A stretch of DNA of 64,000 nt, from positions 1-64,000 of the forward strand of contig JALAGF010003954.1 in the NCBI GenBank assembly GCA_030167865.1, in the 5' to 3' direction. Origin of the DNA: Craspedostauros australis. Taxonomy: Eukaryota. Shown piece after piece: positions 34,301-46,736 of this stretch (position 1 is the first letter of the stretch; every line of letters starts with the position of its first letter). Below the pieces are notes generated by a model. It saw only the letters and a list, made by a program, of their open reading frames with translations, was not told the origin of the DNA and did no database searches. Made by a program: the position numbers and the translations under genes.

Positions 34301-37300
34301 GTACAAGAAATGGCAGTCCAGCCTGTCTCCAAACCTGAACGCCATCCACGAATACAAGCGAACAGTGAACGAAATCCGGGACATCGAGAAGAATATGGAG
34401 GAGATGGAGAAGGACCTGGCGGAGAAGAACCGCGAATTGAAGGAGCTCAAGGCCCAGCACAAAGACTCCGAAAGCGAGGCGACGGAAGCCCGGGATCTGT
34501 TGGATTCGGCGCGCAGATGGTCGGAAGCGGCAGGTCGCATCGCAGAGAAGCGTATGCAGGTGAAGCACAAGCAAGAGGATCTCCTCACCATGAGCTCAGA
34601 TCCATCCGGGCGGGACTTGGCCACGGTTGAAAGGCAGATGCAAACCAAGCTCGACGAAAAGGAGCTCCATGCTACGCAGGTGAGTTCAAAAGTGATGGTT
34701 GTAATGGAGGAGATGTCATTGTTTCTCTCCTCTCCGCTGCTGTGCTGTTGCGTCTGAAGCTTCTTGCAGGCCTCACGCTCACCGTCCCACGCCGCCCCCT
34801 GCCACACCTCATTCACCACGATGCCTCAAACTTGTCTACGCACGTGTGTGTTGCTGCGCTTCCACTCTGCTATTTTCATCATGTTTCGATAGATCAACCG
34901 ATTGAACAAGGAAATGACGCAACTCAACACCCGGCTTGCCAACTTGGCCAACTCAGCAACGAAATTGGAACAGCTGGCGCGAGACAAGGAGGCCAAATTC
35001 GCGGATGAACGCACGATGACGGAACGCAAGGCAGTCCTCAACGAAACGATCACGAGGTGCTCGAAAGAAGAAAGTAGGCTGCAGAGTGAGATTGCGCCGT
35101 TGAGGCAAAAACAGCGCACGAAGGAGACCGAGAAGCAACGGTAAGTGCAGACAACGGGAAGGAAATGGAATGCATGTTGAGGCACGGTTGCATTAGTTGA
35201 CCACAAGCATGTCCAGATGATGTTCGTTGCACTCGCACGAGTGAAAGAACTCCGCCAAAGACTTGGCCCATCGAGCACAGGGCGCCTATTAATGCTTTCA
35301 TCGTGACAGAGTTGCTGTTTGAACGTTGCGCGTATCGATGCTATGCGACTCATACCGTCCATCCATCCATCCTTGTTGTTTGCAACCATCATTTTCTGTT
35401 CTGCACTTGCTCCGGGTGCAATTGCTGTTTGTTCATCAAAGACTCCGAGCGCTGGCCGATGAAGAAGAAGTGAAGCTGATTGGAAAGAACAACAGCTTCC
35501 TCTCCGACTACAAGGAACTGAAGAAGCTCACCGATGACATCGAAGTCTACGCCATGTCCGGAAAAGACAAGGAGCTCGAAAACTTGTTCACCAAGTCCAC
35601 CGCATTGGAGGAACAATGCAAGGAGAAGCAGGTCGACATCAACAAAATCAAACCGGAATTGGAGCGTCTCTCCAAAGCGATCGAAGATGAAGAGCGGCAC
35701 AAGACCAACCTACGGGAGAGCATCAGCATGATCAAGAACAACGAACGGACGGCAAAAATGGAGACGGAGATCGAGAAACTGGAAGAGGAAATGGCGCAGT
35801 CAGAGGGGCATGAAAATGCCGCCGAGGATCTGGGCAAGTTGGACAAGAAGATGCAGAAGCTGTCAGCATCTCAAGCTCGGTTGGAGGGACGGCGGTCCGA
35901 AATCGTTGAAAGTATCAGGAGTCTGAAGGTGAGCGCAGAATCGACGGGGTGGAGATGATTGGATTGCATTGTATTTTTTTTAAGTGCAATGGCTTTGATT
36001 GCTCTCGCGATGTGCAGTTGCGGTGTGTTGTCGCTGTGTTGTTGTGCTTCGCGACACGTGATGGCACATCTGAATCTGCGTTGAACATTGACTGACCTTT
36101 TTTGCATTCCTTGATACCATCGGTGTCCTTGTCACTATCTGCTGAACCTCTGTTGATGCTGATCTTGTAGCGAAAATTGAAACAACCGGAGTATAAAAAC
36201 GTCGAGGAGGAATACCGCGTCTCAATGATCAAGCATGAAACGACTCTCATGGCGGTCCGCGACATCGAAAAGTACCACAGCGCCCTCGACCATGCTCTGC
36301 TACAATTCCACAGCATCAAGATCGCAGAGATCAACCAGATCATTGTAAGTCATGCGCAGATGTGTCAATGAGCAGATGTACTGGCGTGGTGGGACCATTG
36401 ACAAGGCCTGGGCCTGGAGCTATGTCTACAAGTATCTTTGCTGATTTGCAACCACCATCAACTAACACCCACTCCATATCCAATGCAATGCCATGCAATG
36501 TCATGCAATGCGAATATACATACACTCGTAAACTATTCAGCGTGATTTGTGGCGACTGACGTACAAAGGTGAAGACATCACGACGATCGAGCTGGTCTCG
36601 GGACAGGACTCGGGCGCCAGGGCATCCAGATCCTACAACTACCGCGTCGTCATGACGAAGGGCAGCACGAGGATGGACATGCGAGGTCGCTGCAGTGCAG
36701 GTCAGCGCGTGTTGGCGAGCATCGTGATTCGGTTGGCGCTTGCCGAGACGTTCTGCGTCAACTGCGGTTGCATTGCGTTGGATGAACCAACAGGTGAGTA
36801 CACACCATATTCAGAATCTTTTCCAGCGCCTGTTTCAGCTCTGCTGCTATTGTGTCTGCTGATGACGGCGCTACGAATTTGTTGCGGATTGAGACTGTGC
36901 GAAATGGTTCCTCAACCAAAATCTCTCGCACTCCTTACATCCATCGTTATTGTGCTTTGAAATGATACAACACGAATACTCATTCAACCATCCCATGCGT
37001 GGACGTGCTTCCCTGTACACGACACTACGCCGCACTGTGACACTGTGACACTGTAACACTGTGACGCAGTTAACCTCGACTTCAACAACAAGCGTGGGCT
37101 GGCCATCGCGCTTGCGCAGATCACCGCCGATCGGTCTGCTCAAAGCAACTTCCAGCTCATCATGATCACTCACGACGAAGATTTCGTTGCCATGATGAAG
37201 ACGGAATTGGCATCGCAGAGTGGATTCACGATGCCCGAAAAGTACTTCCAGGTCCGAAGAGAGGAGGGCGCGGACGGCAAGTACTATTCCAAGATCGACG

Positions 37301-37326
37301 CAATCGACTGGGATGAGCTCGTTTAG
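31390..37326 (+). CDS. RAD50: DNA repair protein RAD50; exons 31390-31455, 31725-31779, 31987-34679, 34893-35140, 35442-35928, 36171-36344, 36541-36793, 37070-37326
   Basis: [12 protein letters not shown], Walker A GANGCG|KTTIIE, IFCHQE, coiled coils, zinc hook [30 protein letters not shown]. All seven GT-AG introns keep frame. Confidence 0.96.
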
Positions 37327-37657
37327 ATCTGCATGTTATGTATTAGTTTTATATTACAGGCGTTGTATGTATCTGACTATTCTACTCCGCGCACTTGCGT
37401 GCGCTGTATCGTTCCGGCACGCGGAGGGATGACGACATGAAAACTTCTGCATGTTGATTTCAGCGTGTTGCAGTTTTGCTTCATGCACTCTCGCGGCTGC
37501 GTACATGCACGAGCTGTGCATGTGCGCTCCAGTTCAAACGGCTCAAGTATTTCTACGCACTGCTCGAGAGCAGTACGCTCATGCCGTGAATCCAAAGTCT
37601 CTTGGCACGTTGTCGCGCAATCGAGTTCGTATCCTTGCCAACCTCACCGGCCCTTGT

Positions 37658-40600
37658 CTACCGGCTGCCAACACCACCGTCATCATGTTCCTCCTCGTTT
37701 TCGGATTCGGAGGAGTAGTCGGCCTTCATCTTTGACGAGAGGACTGTGGAAATGATGGATGGCATAGACAGGGAGGGTCTGCGCTGGGCAGGTGGATCGA
37801 CTATCCATTCGTTGTATCCATTGTTCGTGCCGCCCGGCGGGCTCGTAGTCCCTGTTCCCGTTGTCCCAGTCATCATTCCAGACTTGGATGATTGGATTGA
37901 GTACTCCTCGTCGCTGGTATGGTTGTGAGCTTGATTGGGGCCATTTGGGGGAACTCCGTGTATCCTCTCCAGCCGCTCCAAGCATGCATCCAGCGCATCT
38001 GCGATGCTGTAGTGCAGGCGGATCATGGAGGCATGTCGGTAGGCAGCGACAGCGCCGCCTTGGAAGTACCGATGCAGGTCGGCTGGGTTGGGATCCGAAA
38101 ACAGCTTGAAGTAGTCCGAGTACCGCACCTGCGGCACGATGGTGGTGGATCCGACGAATTCCTGCGTCATCATCGTGGATGTGAACCCCACCGCTGCCTC
38201 CAGATCATTCAGGAAGACGAACTTGGCCTTCATGTCGTTCTTCAGGTACATCTCCAGTGCGGCCAGCAGGAAGCCACCACGCCAACTGGCCTCTTGGTCA
38301 CCGCTGGACCAGCGATTCGGCCTGCCGACGCCGCCCTTGGAATCGAAGAAGAATGGCACGACGTGCGGATTGCACTGGCAGGCGATGAAGAATTGACAAT
38401 TCATCATCTCGGCAAGTCCGTTGATGGGGATGTCCGTCTCGATGGAGCCATCGAAGTAGGTTTCGCCGCCCTTGATCTTGATGGAGCCGTCCCTGTCCTT
38501 GTATCGCAGCTGGACAGGCTGGACGAATCCAGGCACGGCTGCGCTGGCGATGACGGCAGACGCGATGGTCACGTTTGGTGCCGAGATGTAGCTCAGCAGC
38601 AACGGCGGTGCCTTCTTCGTGGTGGAGCTGAGCGTGATACAGAGGGCGCGGCCTGTCTTCTTGTACGCTTCCTCGAAGGTCATGTCGCCGCACGTGAACC
38701 ACCGGATCATGTCCAACCATTCGTTGACGTCAAACATCGCTCCCGTCTTGACGAATGATTTTATGCACTCGGGCCAATTGCGCGCGAAGCATTTGAGCTT
38801 CTCGCCCAGGATCTCCGGTATCATGTCACGTCGAATCTCCTCATCAGTGCGCGTGCAGACCATGGCACCGATCACGCTTCCCGCGCTTGTCCCAGAGATG
38901 ATGTTGGGCAGGCAGTCCGTCTCTATCAGTCCCATGATGTGCCCGAAGTGGTAAAGTCCCATCATGGCGCCGCCGGAAAGGCAGAGCGCTGTCCGACCGT
39001 AGGCTGCTCGTGCACGTTTGATGAAATGGATGAGATGATCCCTGTGCAATGGTGGGAGTGGCGCCTTGGATCCAGCTGCGTTGTCGCTCCCATATTCATG
39101 CGTATGTGCCTGATTTTTGTTGTTGTTGGCGGCGGCATTCGTATTGCCATGCTTGGGAGTGGAAGCACCACCGGCAAAATCGGCAGACGCGGCGCCGGTG
39201 TTTCTGGTCTGCGCGTTGGACATGGCAGAGGAACGTCGCGTGGCGTCGTTCGCGCCTGTGCTCCACGCAGTGGAATGCTCACCAACGCTGTTGAGATCGT
39301 CGGTACTTTCCATGTGGACCGGCAACGTCGTCCAATCCACGACGGACTTCCAGATCTTGCTCTGCTCGCCACGGACCTTGCTCGTGAGCTTCCTCTCGTA
39401 GTACCGTTTGACAGCGGAGGCGTCCATCGCCTTCATGCCGGATTCTGCGGTCGTGCCCCCCAGCGATTCCGCCTCCTCCGTGATCCACCGCAAGGTCTTG
39501 ACGACCTCGGAACAAAAGTCACGCACTATCTTCTTCGGTTCGCCGGTGTTGGTGTAGGAGAATAGATCTTCGCTCATGACACCGCCGACGTTCTTGCGCG
39601 TGCATTGCTGCAGCACCGCCAACGCCAGAAGGGCATCCTCCTTGCGCCGCGCGGCACGCAGATCGACGATGAGCTGCCGGACGAATGACCAGTTGTAGCG
39701 GTAGCTGGTGTTGTCCTTCATGGAGTTCTGCCACGCGTCCCGCTTCTGCGAGACGTCCAAGGCCGAGGCGAACTGGTACCACGAGTCGTAGGACTTGGCC
39801 TTCGACATTTTGCTGCGAAGCACGCGGTGTCGCGGCGTCGCGATGACGGTCTCCGCGAGGTAGATGCCCAGACGGATGATGATGTAGACGCCGAGTTCCA
39901 CCATGATCAAGAAGTAGGTCAATGCCAGGATGGGCCAGCGCATGACCTTGCCGCTGGTGCTGTGGAGTCTGCCAGGGATGATGGAGAGTATGCAAAGGAC
40001 GAGGAGGACGCCGCCGAAGGACCTCCAGAGGAACACCCCGACCTTCCAATCCATCAAGGGCCATTCCCTCGAGAACCACATCCAGAAGGTTTGTCGCGGC
40101 TGCTGCGCCAGGGAGATGATCTCTGTCATGTTGAGCAGCTCTGATGGGCTGATGTGTCCATCCTGGTTGGTGTCGAAGTACTGCACAATGAATTCGGAGG
40201 CCGCCGCAGTGCGTTGCTGCGCGTTCTGGGGAAACTTCTCCATCATCTCCGCCAGTTGCGAACCGAAGTGCTGCAGGGGCTGCTGCGACGGTGTTGTCCA
40301 CGTGGGTAGCAGGAATTGCACGACGCGATCGTTCGCGAGCTGGAAGTACTTGGCTATGTCCTGCATCAATCGGTGGCACAGGATTGGGATGGAAGCAATG
40401 ATCATTGGCATCAGCTCATCCTTGTACACATCGTAAATCGTTTCCAAATTCATGGTGGGTTCCGAGCCAATATTCTGAGCGTGTTCGTGGGTCTGAGGTT
40501 GAACGTGTTCGTGGGCCTGTGCCTGCGCCTGTGCTTGATTTCGAGTTTGATCATTAGTTTGATCATTTGTTTGATCATGAGTTTGAGCCTGGGAATGGGC

Positions 40601-40897
40601 ATGGGAGCATTCTAGCTCATGATGATCTGGCACTGAGGCTGATCCCGAGTTCAAGGCAGCTCGTGTTGTCGCAGGCGGCTTTTCTGCTGCTGGATGCATG
40701 CCTGCATTCATTGCTTGACTTGATGACGTGGTTAGATCAGCAGCGCACGCGACAACGGGATCGCTTTGTTTGCTGTGATTGCAATGCGCTGCCTGCATCT
40801 GCGGCAGTTCCTGCTGTTGTTCTCGCATGTGAATGTGCAACCTTGGTTGTTGCTCTTGCAGGTGTGATTGCGTTGCATGAGGTTCCTCCGTCGCCAT
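37658..40897 (-). CDS. Patatin-like triacylglycerol lipase (SDP1/TGL4 family) with N-terminal EF-hand and TM segments, 1079 aa
   Basis: YGRTALCLSGGAMMG, ISGTSAGS (GxSxG), DMTFEEAY, ASAAVPG, FDGS, QCNPHVVPF; DUF3336-like SYDSW..A.ALD; EF loop DTNQDGHISPSE. Confidence 0.92.
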   Translation of the reverse strand: MATEEPHATQSHLQEQQPRLHIHMREQQQELPQMQAAHCNHSKQSDPVVACAADLTTSSSQAMNAGMHPAAEKPPATTRAALNSGSASVPDHHELECSHAHSQAQTHDQTNDQTNDQTRNQAQAQAQAHEHVQPQTHEHAQNIGSEPTMNLETIYDVYKDELMPMIIASIPILCHRLMQDIAKYFQLANDRVVQFLLPTWTTPSQQPLQHFGSQLAEMMEKFPQNAQQRTAAASEFIVQYFDTNQDGHISPSELLNMTEIISLAQQPRQTFWMWFSREWPLMDWKVGVFLWRSFGGVLLVLCILSIIPGRLHSTSGKVMRWPILALTYFLIMVELGVYIIIRLGIYLAETVIATPRHRVLRSKMSKAKSYDSWYQFASALDVSQKRDAWQNSMKDNTSYRYNWSFVRQLIVDLRAARRKEDALLALAVLQQCTRKNVGGVMSEDLFSYTNTGEPKKIVRDFCSEVVKTLRWITEEAESLGGTTAESGMKAMDASAVKRYYERKLTSKVRGEQSKIWKSVVDWTTLPVHMESTDDLNSVGEHSTAWSTGANDATRRSSAMSNAQTRNTGAASADFAGGASTPKHGNTNAAANNNKNQAHTHEYGSDNAAGSKAPLPPLHRDHLIHFIKRARAAYGRTALCLSGGAMMGLYHFGHIMGLIETDCLPNIISGTSAGSVIGAMVCTRTDEEIRRDMIPEILGEKLKCFARNWPECIKSFVKTGAMFDVNEWLDMIRWFTCGDMTFEEAYKKTGRALCITLSSTTKKAPPLLLSYISAPNVTIASAVIASAAVPGFVQPVQLRYKDRDGSIKIKGGETYFDGSIETDIPINGLAEMMNCQFFIACQCNPHVVPFFFDSKGGVGRPNRWSSGDQEASWRGGFLLAALEMYLKNDMKAKFVFLNDLEAAVGFTSTMMTQEFVGSTTIVPQVRYSDYFKLFSDPNPADLHRYFQGGAVAAYRHASMIRLHYSIADALDACLERLERIHGVPPNGPNQAHNHTSDEEYSIQSSKSGMMTGTTGTGTTSPPGGTNNGYNEWIVDPPAQRRPSLSMPSIISTVLSSKMKADYSSESENEEEHDDGGVGSR

Positions 40898-42105
40898 CGT
40901 TGTAACTGCTGATTGCCGTTGTGAATTCGAGAGTCAAGTGCGCGATCGGCGGATTGGAAGATGAGTTTGGCCGGAAGCACGCGGTGATGCCATGCGACTA
41001 CTCAATCTCACTGTTTCTGTACGAGTACGATCGTACTATATTCTATTACGAATGGAGTATAGTAGAGAGCAGAGTTGTGATAGTCGTGGAGAGGCAATCC
41101 AACCTTGGTGGCCGGGATTGGCAAAGCTGTGGATGATTTATGGATGCTGCGTCAGGAGTTCGTGCGTCGAGTATCGGAAGGTGCTCGCAACGGTGGTGCT
41201 GTGGCTGCTCGTACCAATGCAAATCAAGTTGCTGATGTTGCCAATGATGATGATGATGATGACAGAAGGTCACCCTTCCTGCGTCATCGCCTCTTTCTGA
41301 TACTTTCCCGACGCAAATGCGGGACGCAGCGCAGCGGAATGGGAAGAGATGGAACAAGGAGGATCGGCGGGGTGTGCAAAGTCGCGTCTCCTTGCTGCCA
41401 CACATAGTCAACACCATCGGCTTCTGTTCCTGTTGTCGCCCCTGACGATGCCATTCTTCGTCACACGTGTGCGCCTTCTCTTTTCTCTTCTTTGTCGGTT
41501 CCTCATCCGATCTCCAAATCTCTCTCTCTGTGCGGTTCTCCGTGTTGTGCCAGAAGTTGTTCCGTGTTTTTTGTGATGCGCAAATTGTGAAAGTCGCGCG
41601 CAACGCGGCAAACTTGAGCGCGTCATTGATGTGATTGACATGACAGATCGCAAAACTTCCTCCGAAGTGTGCATTCTCGTCTTTGGGCACATGTTTCTGC
41701 CTTCTGTTTGGCCATCACTATTCAGGGTCTGACTGAGTACCATAACTATCATTTTTGACTTTGATGGAGATGTTGATTCGAAGGGTTCGAGTCGGCTTGA
41801 TTTGAATTGTGGCGCCAAACTTCACACCAGAAGAAGACACAAGAGACAACAAACCAACAACAACGAAACGACCAGGAAGATGCACCCGAGTTCATGAGCG
41901 TGCGCTTGGCACTGACGATGATGGTGCATAGTCATACGACTACTTGCGCAATCACTGCCATCCCAGTCTCCAACTCCACTGTCTCAAACGTTTCTGTCGA
42001 ACTATAATAGCATACGAGTAATCTACAACCTGTCCTTCGGTAGAGAACGAACAAACGCTGACAGTACGCACACTCGTATAATAGGTCGTAAAAAGAGCAG
42101 TGAGG

Positions 42106-43272
42106 ATGTCGAGACGGGTCAAGAGGGAACGGGTGACGTCCACCTCATTTGTGGATGATTTTGCCGAGGATCACGATGGAGACGAAGATGAGGACGAAGA
42201 AGACGAAGAAGACGAGGACAATGACTCGGAAGATCAGGATGAGATCCAGGAGGATCGCAAGAAGAAGCCAAAGGTCGATTTCCAGCTGATAAGGGAGAAT
42301 GAGGATGAGGACGACGACACGTCGGACGATGGAGTCGGCCATGTCAGCGCCTCGCAGACCGACTTTGGCTTCTCGCAGCAGACGCCAGAGCTGTCGCAGC
42401 AGATCCAGGATGCCCGACAGTCCGAAGTGGCGAAGCTGGAGAGGATGGATCCCGTCAGCCGCGAGAACGCCATCACGTCCGTTTCCAGGCTCGTGCTCTT
42501 CAAGGCGTTGGCGCGCGAACCCATCGACCGCACGAAGATCGTCAAGGACGCCGGCATTTCCAATGAGCGCATCTCGACGGCCGTCTTCACGGAGGTGGCG
42601 CATCGTCTGGATGCCGTCTTTGGCTTCGATCTCGAGCGCCTGCCCAAGTTCATGGAGGAGATGAAGTCGATGCCCACCAAGTGCAAGAACCGATTCTACG
42701 TCTGCAACGGTCTGGCCGAGAACCTGGACGGCAAGCACTCAAAGGCCATCCATTCCATGCACAAGTCAACCTCCACCGAGCTGGGTCTACTTATGCTCGT
42801 GCTGGCCTTGGGCTACTGCAAGGGCACGCCGACGTCGGACGGATCGCGATGGATCCTCGATCGCGATCTGTACCGCCTGCTGCACGATGTGGATGAAGGC
42901 ATTCCGAATGAGCCTCCAGTGATAGGCACGACGCGACAAAAGAACAGCCACCAATCGGCGTTGAAGAACAAGAACCGCTTCCGCCACACCGGCAGCCTTA
43001 CGCCCAACGTCGATGCCTTGCTGGATCTCTTCCTCAACCAGGATTATCTCATCCGCGAGAAGGCGACGGACGACAACTTCCCGGAGCGCTTTGAAGATGG
43101 TGACTTTCTGTACTCCATGGGCCCCAGGTCGGCATTGGAGATCGGCCGCAGGCAGATCATCGTCTTCTGCGCGGAGATCCTGGATGAAGCGCCGGATCCG
43201 ACCATGCTGCAGGAGGTGGAGGCACCCGCGGAAGAGGCAGATGACGACGAGGAGGAAGCCGCGGAAGAGTAA
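42106..43272 (+). CDS. NSE3: MAGE-domain protein, Smc5/6 subunit Nse3-like
   Basis: Acidic N-terminus, RLVLFK, L..VFGFDL, GLLMLVLAL, QDYL and YSMGPRSALEIG (MAGE C-terminal motif). Confidence 0.85.
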   Translation: MSRRVKRERVTSTSFVDDFAEDHDGDEDEDEEDEEDEDNDSEDQDEIQEDRKKKPKVDFQLIRENEDEDDDTSDDGVGHVSASQTDFGFSQQTPELSQQIQDARQSEVAKLERMDPVSRENAITSVSRLVLFKALAREPIDRTKIVKDAGISNERISTAVFTEVAHRLDAVFGFDLERLPKFMEEMKSMPTKCKNRFYVCNGLAENLDGKHSKAIHSMHKSTSTELGLLMLVLALGYCKGTPTSDGSRWILDRDLYRLLHDVDEGIPNEPPVIGTTRQKNSHQSALKNKNRFRHTGSLTPNVDALLDLFLNQDYLIREKATDDNFPERFEDGDFLYSMGPRSALEIGRRQIIVFCAEILDEAPDPTMLQEVEAPAEEADDDEEEAAEE

Positions 43273-43601
43273 CACGAGAGTTTGGTCGGAGGCGTGCTCG
43301 CACAAGTGCGTAGGCAGGTGGGGAGGGAGGGAGGGAGAAATAAGCTCACTCGTGATCGTGGGATGTAAAGTATGCCAAAGCAAGTGAACTTGTCAACATC
43401 ATCTATGGCTTTTGAATTTATGGATGTTCAAGCATGATAGGATAGCAGAGTGCTCTGCTCCTGTGATTTGTGCGAAATGACATTCCTACTTTGCTGGAGT
43501 GCTCGTACTGCTCTCTATTGTAAAATGTTATTTTTTTCATGTAAGAGCCATATTTGCAAAAATCGAAATGGCATGGACGCAACCATACCATCATGCATGT
43601 C

Positions 43602-44867
43602 TCAGTCGTCCCCAACGGCAGAATGCACGATTGTTGGAATGGAGACGAGCCTGCGCTCTGGTAGTATCATGGCCGTCATGCCGTTGCCATACACTGCACC
43701 ACTGTCGATGCCGATCGCCATTTCACCGGGATACCGCTGGATGCCGCGACGTGCGTCATGCCCGAAGATCACACGCTGCGGACCCGTCCAAACACTGGCC
43801 CAAGGACTCTTCGTGACGTCCGCGCCGTCCGTGTAACCAACGCCGCGATCATGGTACCTGTACGTGTTGGTGTCACGTAGCAGATCGACTTCGCGGATGG
43901 CCACCATGGAGTAGATGGATTGCTCTTGCACCGGGATGCCCGGCACGAATCCTGCGTGGACAATGACCGTGTCGATGTGGTCATTATTATCACCGCCAAC
44001 ATTGTCGTCGTCGCCATGTTTGGTTTGAAAGTACTCAGCCGGTATCGTCAAGGTGTACGGCAATTCCGACATCCACATGATATCATCATCGCTGAGCACA
44101 ACTGATGGAGATGGGACACTGGTATCACCTGCGTTTCCGTCGGTAGTCCCATGGACGTCTTCATTTTGATTTTGATCTTCATTTGTATCTTCACCCTCCA
44201 ATACCCAGCTGTACTTCGATTTGGCCCGTCTCTTCGCGTGTCCCAGCGCTGCCGACAAAGCGGCATTGTCATGATTGCCTCGCACTGTCCACCACTTGGG
44301 TTGCAACCGTGTGTGACGAACGACGCGTGCCGATTCCGGCCCCTTGTTGACCAAATCACCGACGAGGATGACGTGATCGAATTCCATGTCGTCATTCTCC
44401 GCAATGGCTTTGCGATGCAACTTCATCATGTCCTCGAAGCATCCGTGCACGTCGCCAATGACGAGGATGTTTTTGGAGTTGGCATCCGGCGTGCGAATCG
44501 GCAGAGTCTGATGCTTCTGTGTTGGCGAGGGTATCTTGCCATGCTGTTGGAAGTACAGGTCTGCCGCAGTTGTCTTTGTGCGGCGATTCGCAGCAGCTTG
44601 TGATGTGAGGATCTCAGCGTCCCCATTTTGCCTCAAAGCGGAACATGACAGTGCAACTGTAACATCCCGTCGTTGCGACGCAGCCTCACATGCCAATCGG
44701 TCAGTGGCAGCGCTCGTGTGCACGAAGGCTGCGGCTCTGGATGCTGTGGCAATCGATTGCTGGCGCAGCTGCTGGGAGGATGGATGCGAGCAGAAGGCTG
44801 CAGCTGCCAACGTCGAACCGACCCCCACAAGGATCTTCACGCACAGTCCATTGCACTTGCGTGACAT
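43602..44867 (-). CDS. Calcineurin-like metallophosphoesterase (ApaH/PrpE/Ppn2-like) with hydrophobic N-terminus, 421 aa
   Basis: GDVHG, GDLVNKGP, RGNHD, VHAG, FGHD and DSGAVYG. Confidence 0.9.
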   Translation of the reverse strand: MSRKCNGLCVKILVGVGSTLAAAAFCSHPSSQQLRQQSIATASRAAAFVHTSAATDRLACEAASQRRDVTVALSCSALRQNGDAEILTSQAAANRRTKTTAADLYFQQHGKIPSPTQKHQTLPIRTPDANSKNILVIGDVHGCFEDMMKLHRKAIAENDDMEFDHVILVGDLVNKGPESARVVRHTRLQPKWWTVRGNHDNAALSAALGHAKRRAKSKYSWVLEGEDTNEDQNQNEDVHGTTDGNAGDTSVPSPSVVLSDDDIMWMSELPYTLTIPAEYFQTKHGDDDNVGGDNNDHIDTVIVHAGFVPGIPVQEQSIYSMVAIREVDLLRDTNTYRYHDRGVGYTDGADVTKSPWASVWTGPQRVIFGHDARRGIQRYPGEMAIGIDSGAVYGNGMTAMILPERRLVSIPTIVHSAVGDD

Positions 44868-46710
44868 CGTGACAATCGCTGCTGGTGTTGCTATTCTGCT
44901 CGTAGGAACAAGCGTTGGTCGCGCTCCTTGTAGCCGTCCCTGTCGATGTTAGTAGTATAATAGGTCGTACATGTACTAATACTGAACGTGCGACTATGTT
45001 ATGACTGCTCTTGTCGATGCTGTTGCGTCGGCCTCGACAACCGCGGTAACGTTGGGAGATGAGGATCTGCCGAGAATGGCGTTTGGAAGGAGATTTGTTC
45101 TGTCTCAGATCTGACGGATGGGCGGATGGTCCAACTATTGTGCATGCAAATAAGCAAGACAACGAAACAGAAAACGCACGACTGGAAATATTGGCGAAGG
45201 ATTGGTGGTTGCACAAGTGCCACTGGATAAGCGCACGCCTACGAGTAGGAGCAGAGTAGAGCGGTAGCCTGCTCACAGAATGTGTTTCATCGACCCGAAC
45301 AGGACGGACATGCGGATGCGAGGAAAGCGAAGACTGACTCATTGGGGATCGTGAGCAAGAGCAGAGGGATGGCGCCAACTGCACAGAGACGAGCCAAGCG
45401 GGACGTGATGTGATGCAAAGCGCCCGACGTGATGTGCGGGATGATGTTTTGGAATGCGCGCCATTCGGAAGAGTCTTGTTGGTGCCGCGCAGTATCAATG
45501 ACAAGGAGGGAGGCATCAACGATGGGTAATCCGTATGACTGGATACGCGTACGCGTATCTATGCCAGTACAATTGGCGCACGCACGAGCAGCTCGTACCG
45601 GTTGGGATGAGGGGTTCATCGTATCCCAACTTGTACCCAACCGAGCGATATGTGCGAGTTGCTTTGTCCCCATGGTATTGGTATGCTGGGTCGAAAGAGT
45701 TCGCTGCCGGTGATCCATCTGGCCTTTGTTGTGGTTTGTGGAACAATCTCACGCAAGTGCGTTGCTCCCACCGCGCGCGAAACGGCGATTCCTCGGAACT
45801 TGATGCATCATTTCATCCATGGGGGTTACTGTGTGCATTGTCGCAGAGGTATTCCTCATCCGTTCCGTTCATGCGTGCATTTACGCATGCCTTTTCGGTT
45901 GCGTTTCTTGGTTCACTATGATCTGCTCGTGCTGTTTCTTCCTCTTCCCCGGACCATTCCGAGTGGCACGCCAAGCATCACCCATCTCATACGTTCCGTG
46001 CACCTGTTGCAAACACACACAGAAGAAGCGATGCGGGTATCACGACACAAGGAGAGGCAACAACACCGAGACATCGTTTCTCGGGTGCGACACACAAGGA
46101 GGTAACATGTGATGTGGGTTTCGGACGTATCTCTTTCGAATTGGATTAGCGAACGTGCGACTTCTCTTTTTGCCTCGAGTCCTATCGCCTCCACACCACG
46201 CCGCCACCTCCTCTTCCCCTTTTCTGGTCTTTCTCCTGTTTCTGTCTTCGGCGCTTTTGTTCTCTTCTCGCTACTTTCTCATCTGTTCGTTGTTATTGTT
46301 GTTGTTGTTGCAACTGTTCACGATGCCGTTCGTCATGGTCGCTGTTGTGTGAAAGTTCGAGCAGATCGCATGCCACCGCTGCATGAGGTCTTGTTTTACC
46401 TGTGGTTGGGGAGTGTCTTCTGTTCATTCTGCATGATCTTTGGTTCCCATTGGGACACTGTTCTTTTCTCACATCGGTGAAAAAGGGATGTACGTGAACC
46501 GCTTCACCGCTTCGATTTATCAGTTTGGTTGAAGATGGAAGAGGTGGAGAGGGGTACGCTGTGACGCCGCGATGTCAATGTTACTGCTTTGATCGTCGTT
46601 CACAGCGTTGGGCGCTGCTCTGGTCTCGTGACACTTGCGTTGTTCCTTCACCGCCATCGTCGGTTCTGGTGGTTTCGCACCTGCAGCCACCGTTGGTGTC
46701 ATTGATTCAT

Positions 46711-46736
46711 CTCTCTCTCTCTCTCTCTCTCTCTCT
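46711..46736. repeat. (CT)13 microsatellite
   Basis: Read directly from the sequence. Confidence 0.95.

Noticed and set aside
32049-34819. Antisense ORFs of 100-335 aa within RAD50 (and similar ones over other genes)
   Set aside because: They are expected shadows of GC3-rich coding sequence and carry no independent motifs.
41770-41800. GGTTCGAGTC resembling a tRNA T-loop/B-box
   Set aside because: There is no T-stem pairing or cloverleaf around it.
42076-44969. Exact 15-bp direct repeat GTATAATAGGTCGTA at 42076-42090 and 44955-44969 flanking the NSE3/phosphoesterase pair
   Set aside because: About two chance 15-mer matches are expected in 64 kb (roughly 2e9 pairs / 4^15). There are no terminal repeats or transposase, and the enclosed genes are housekeeping.
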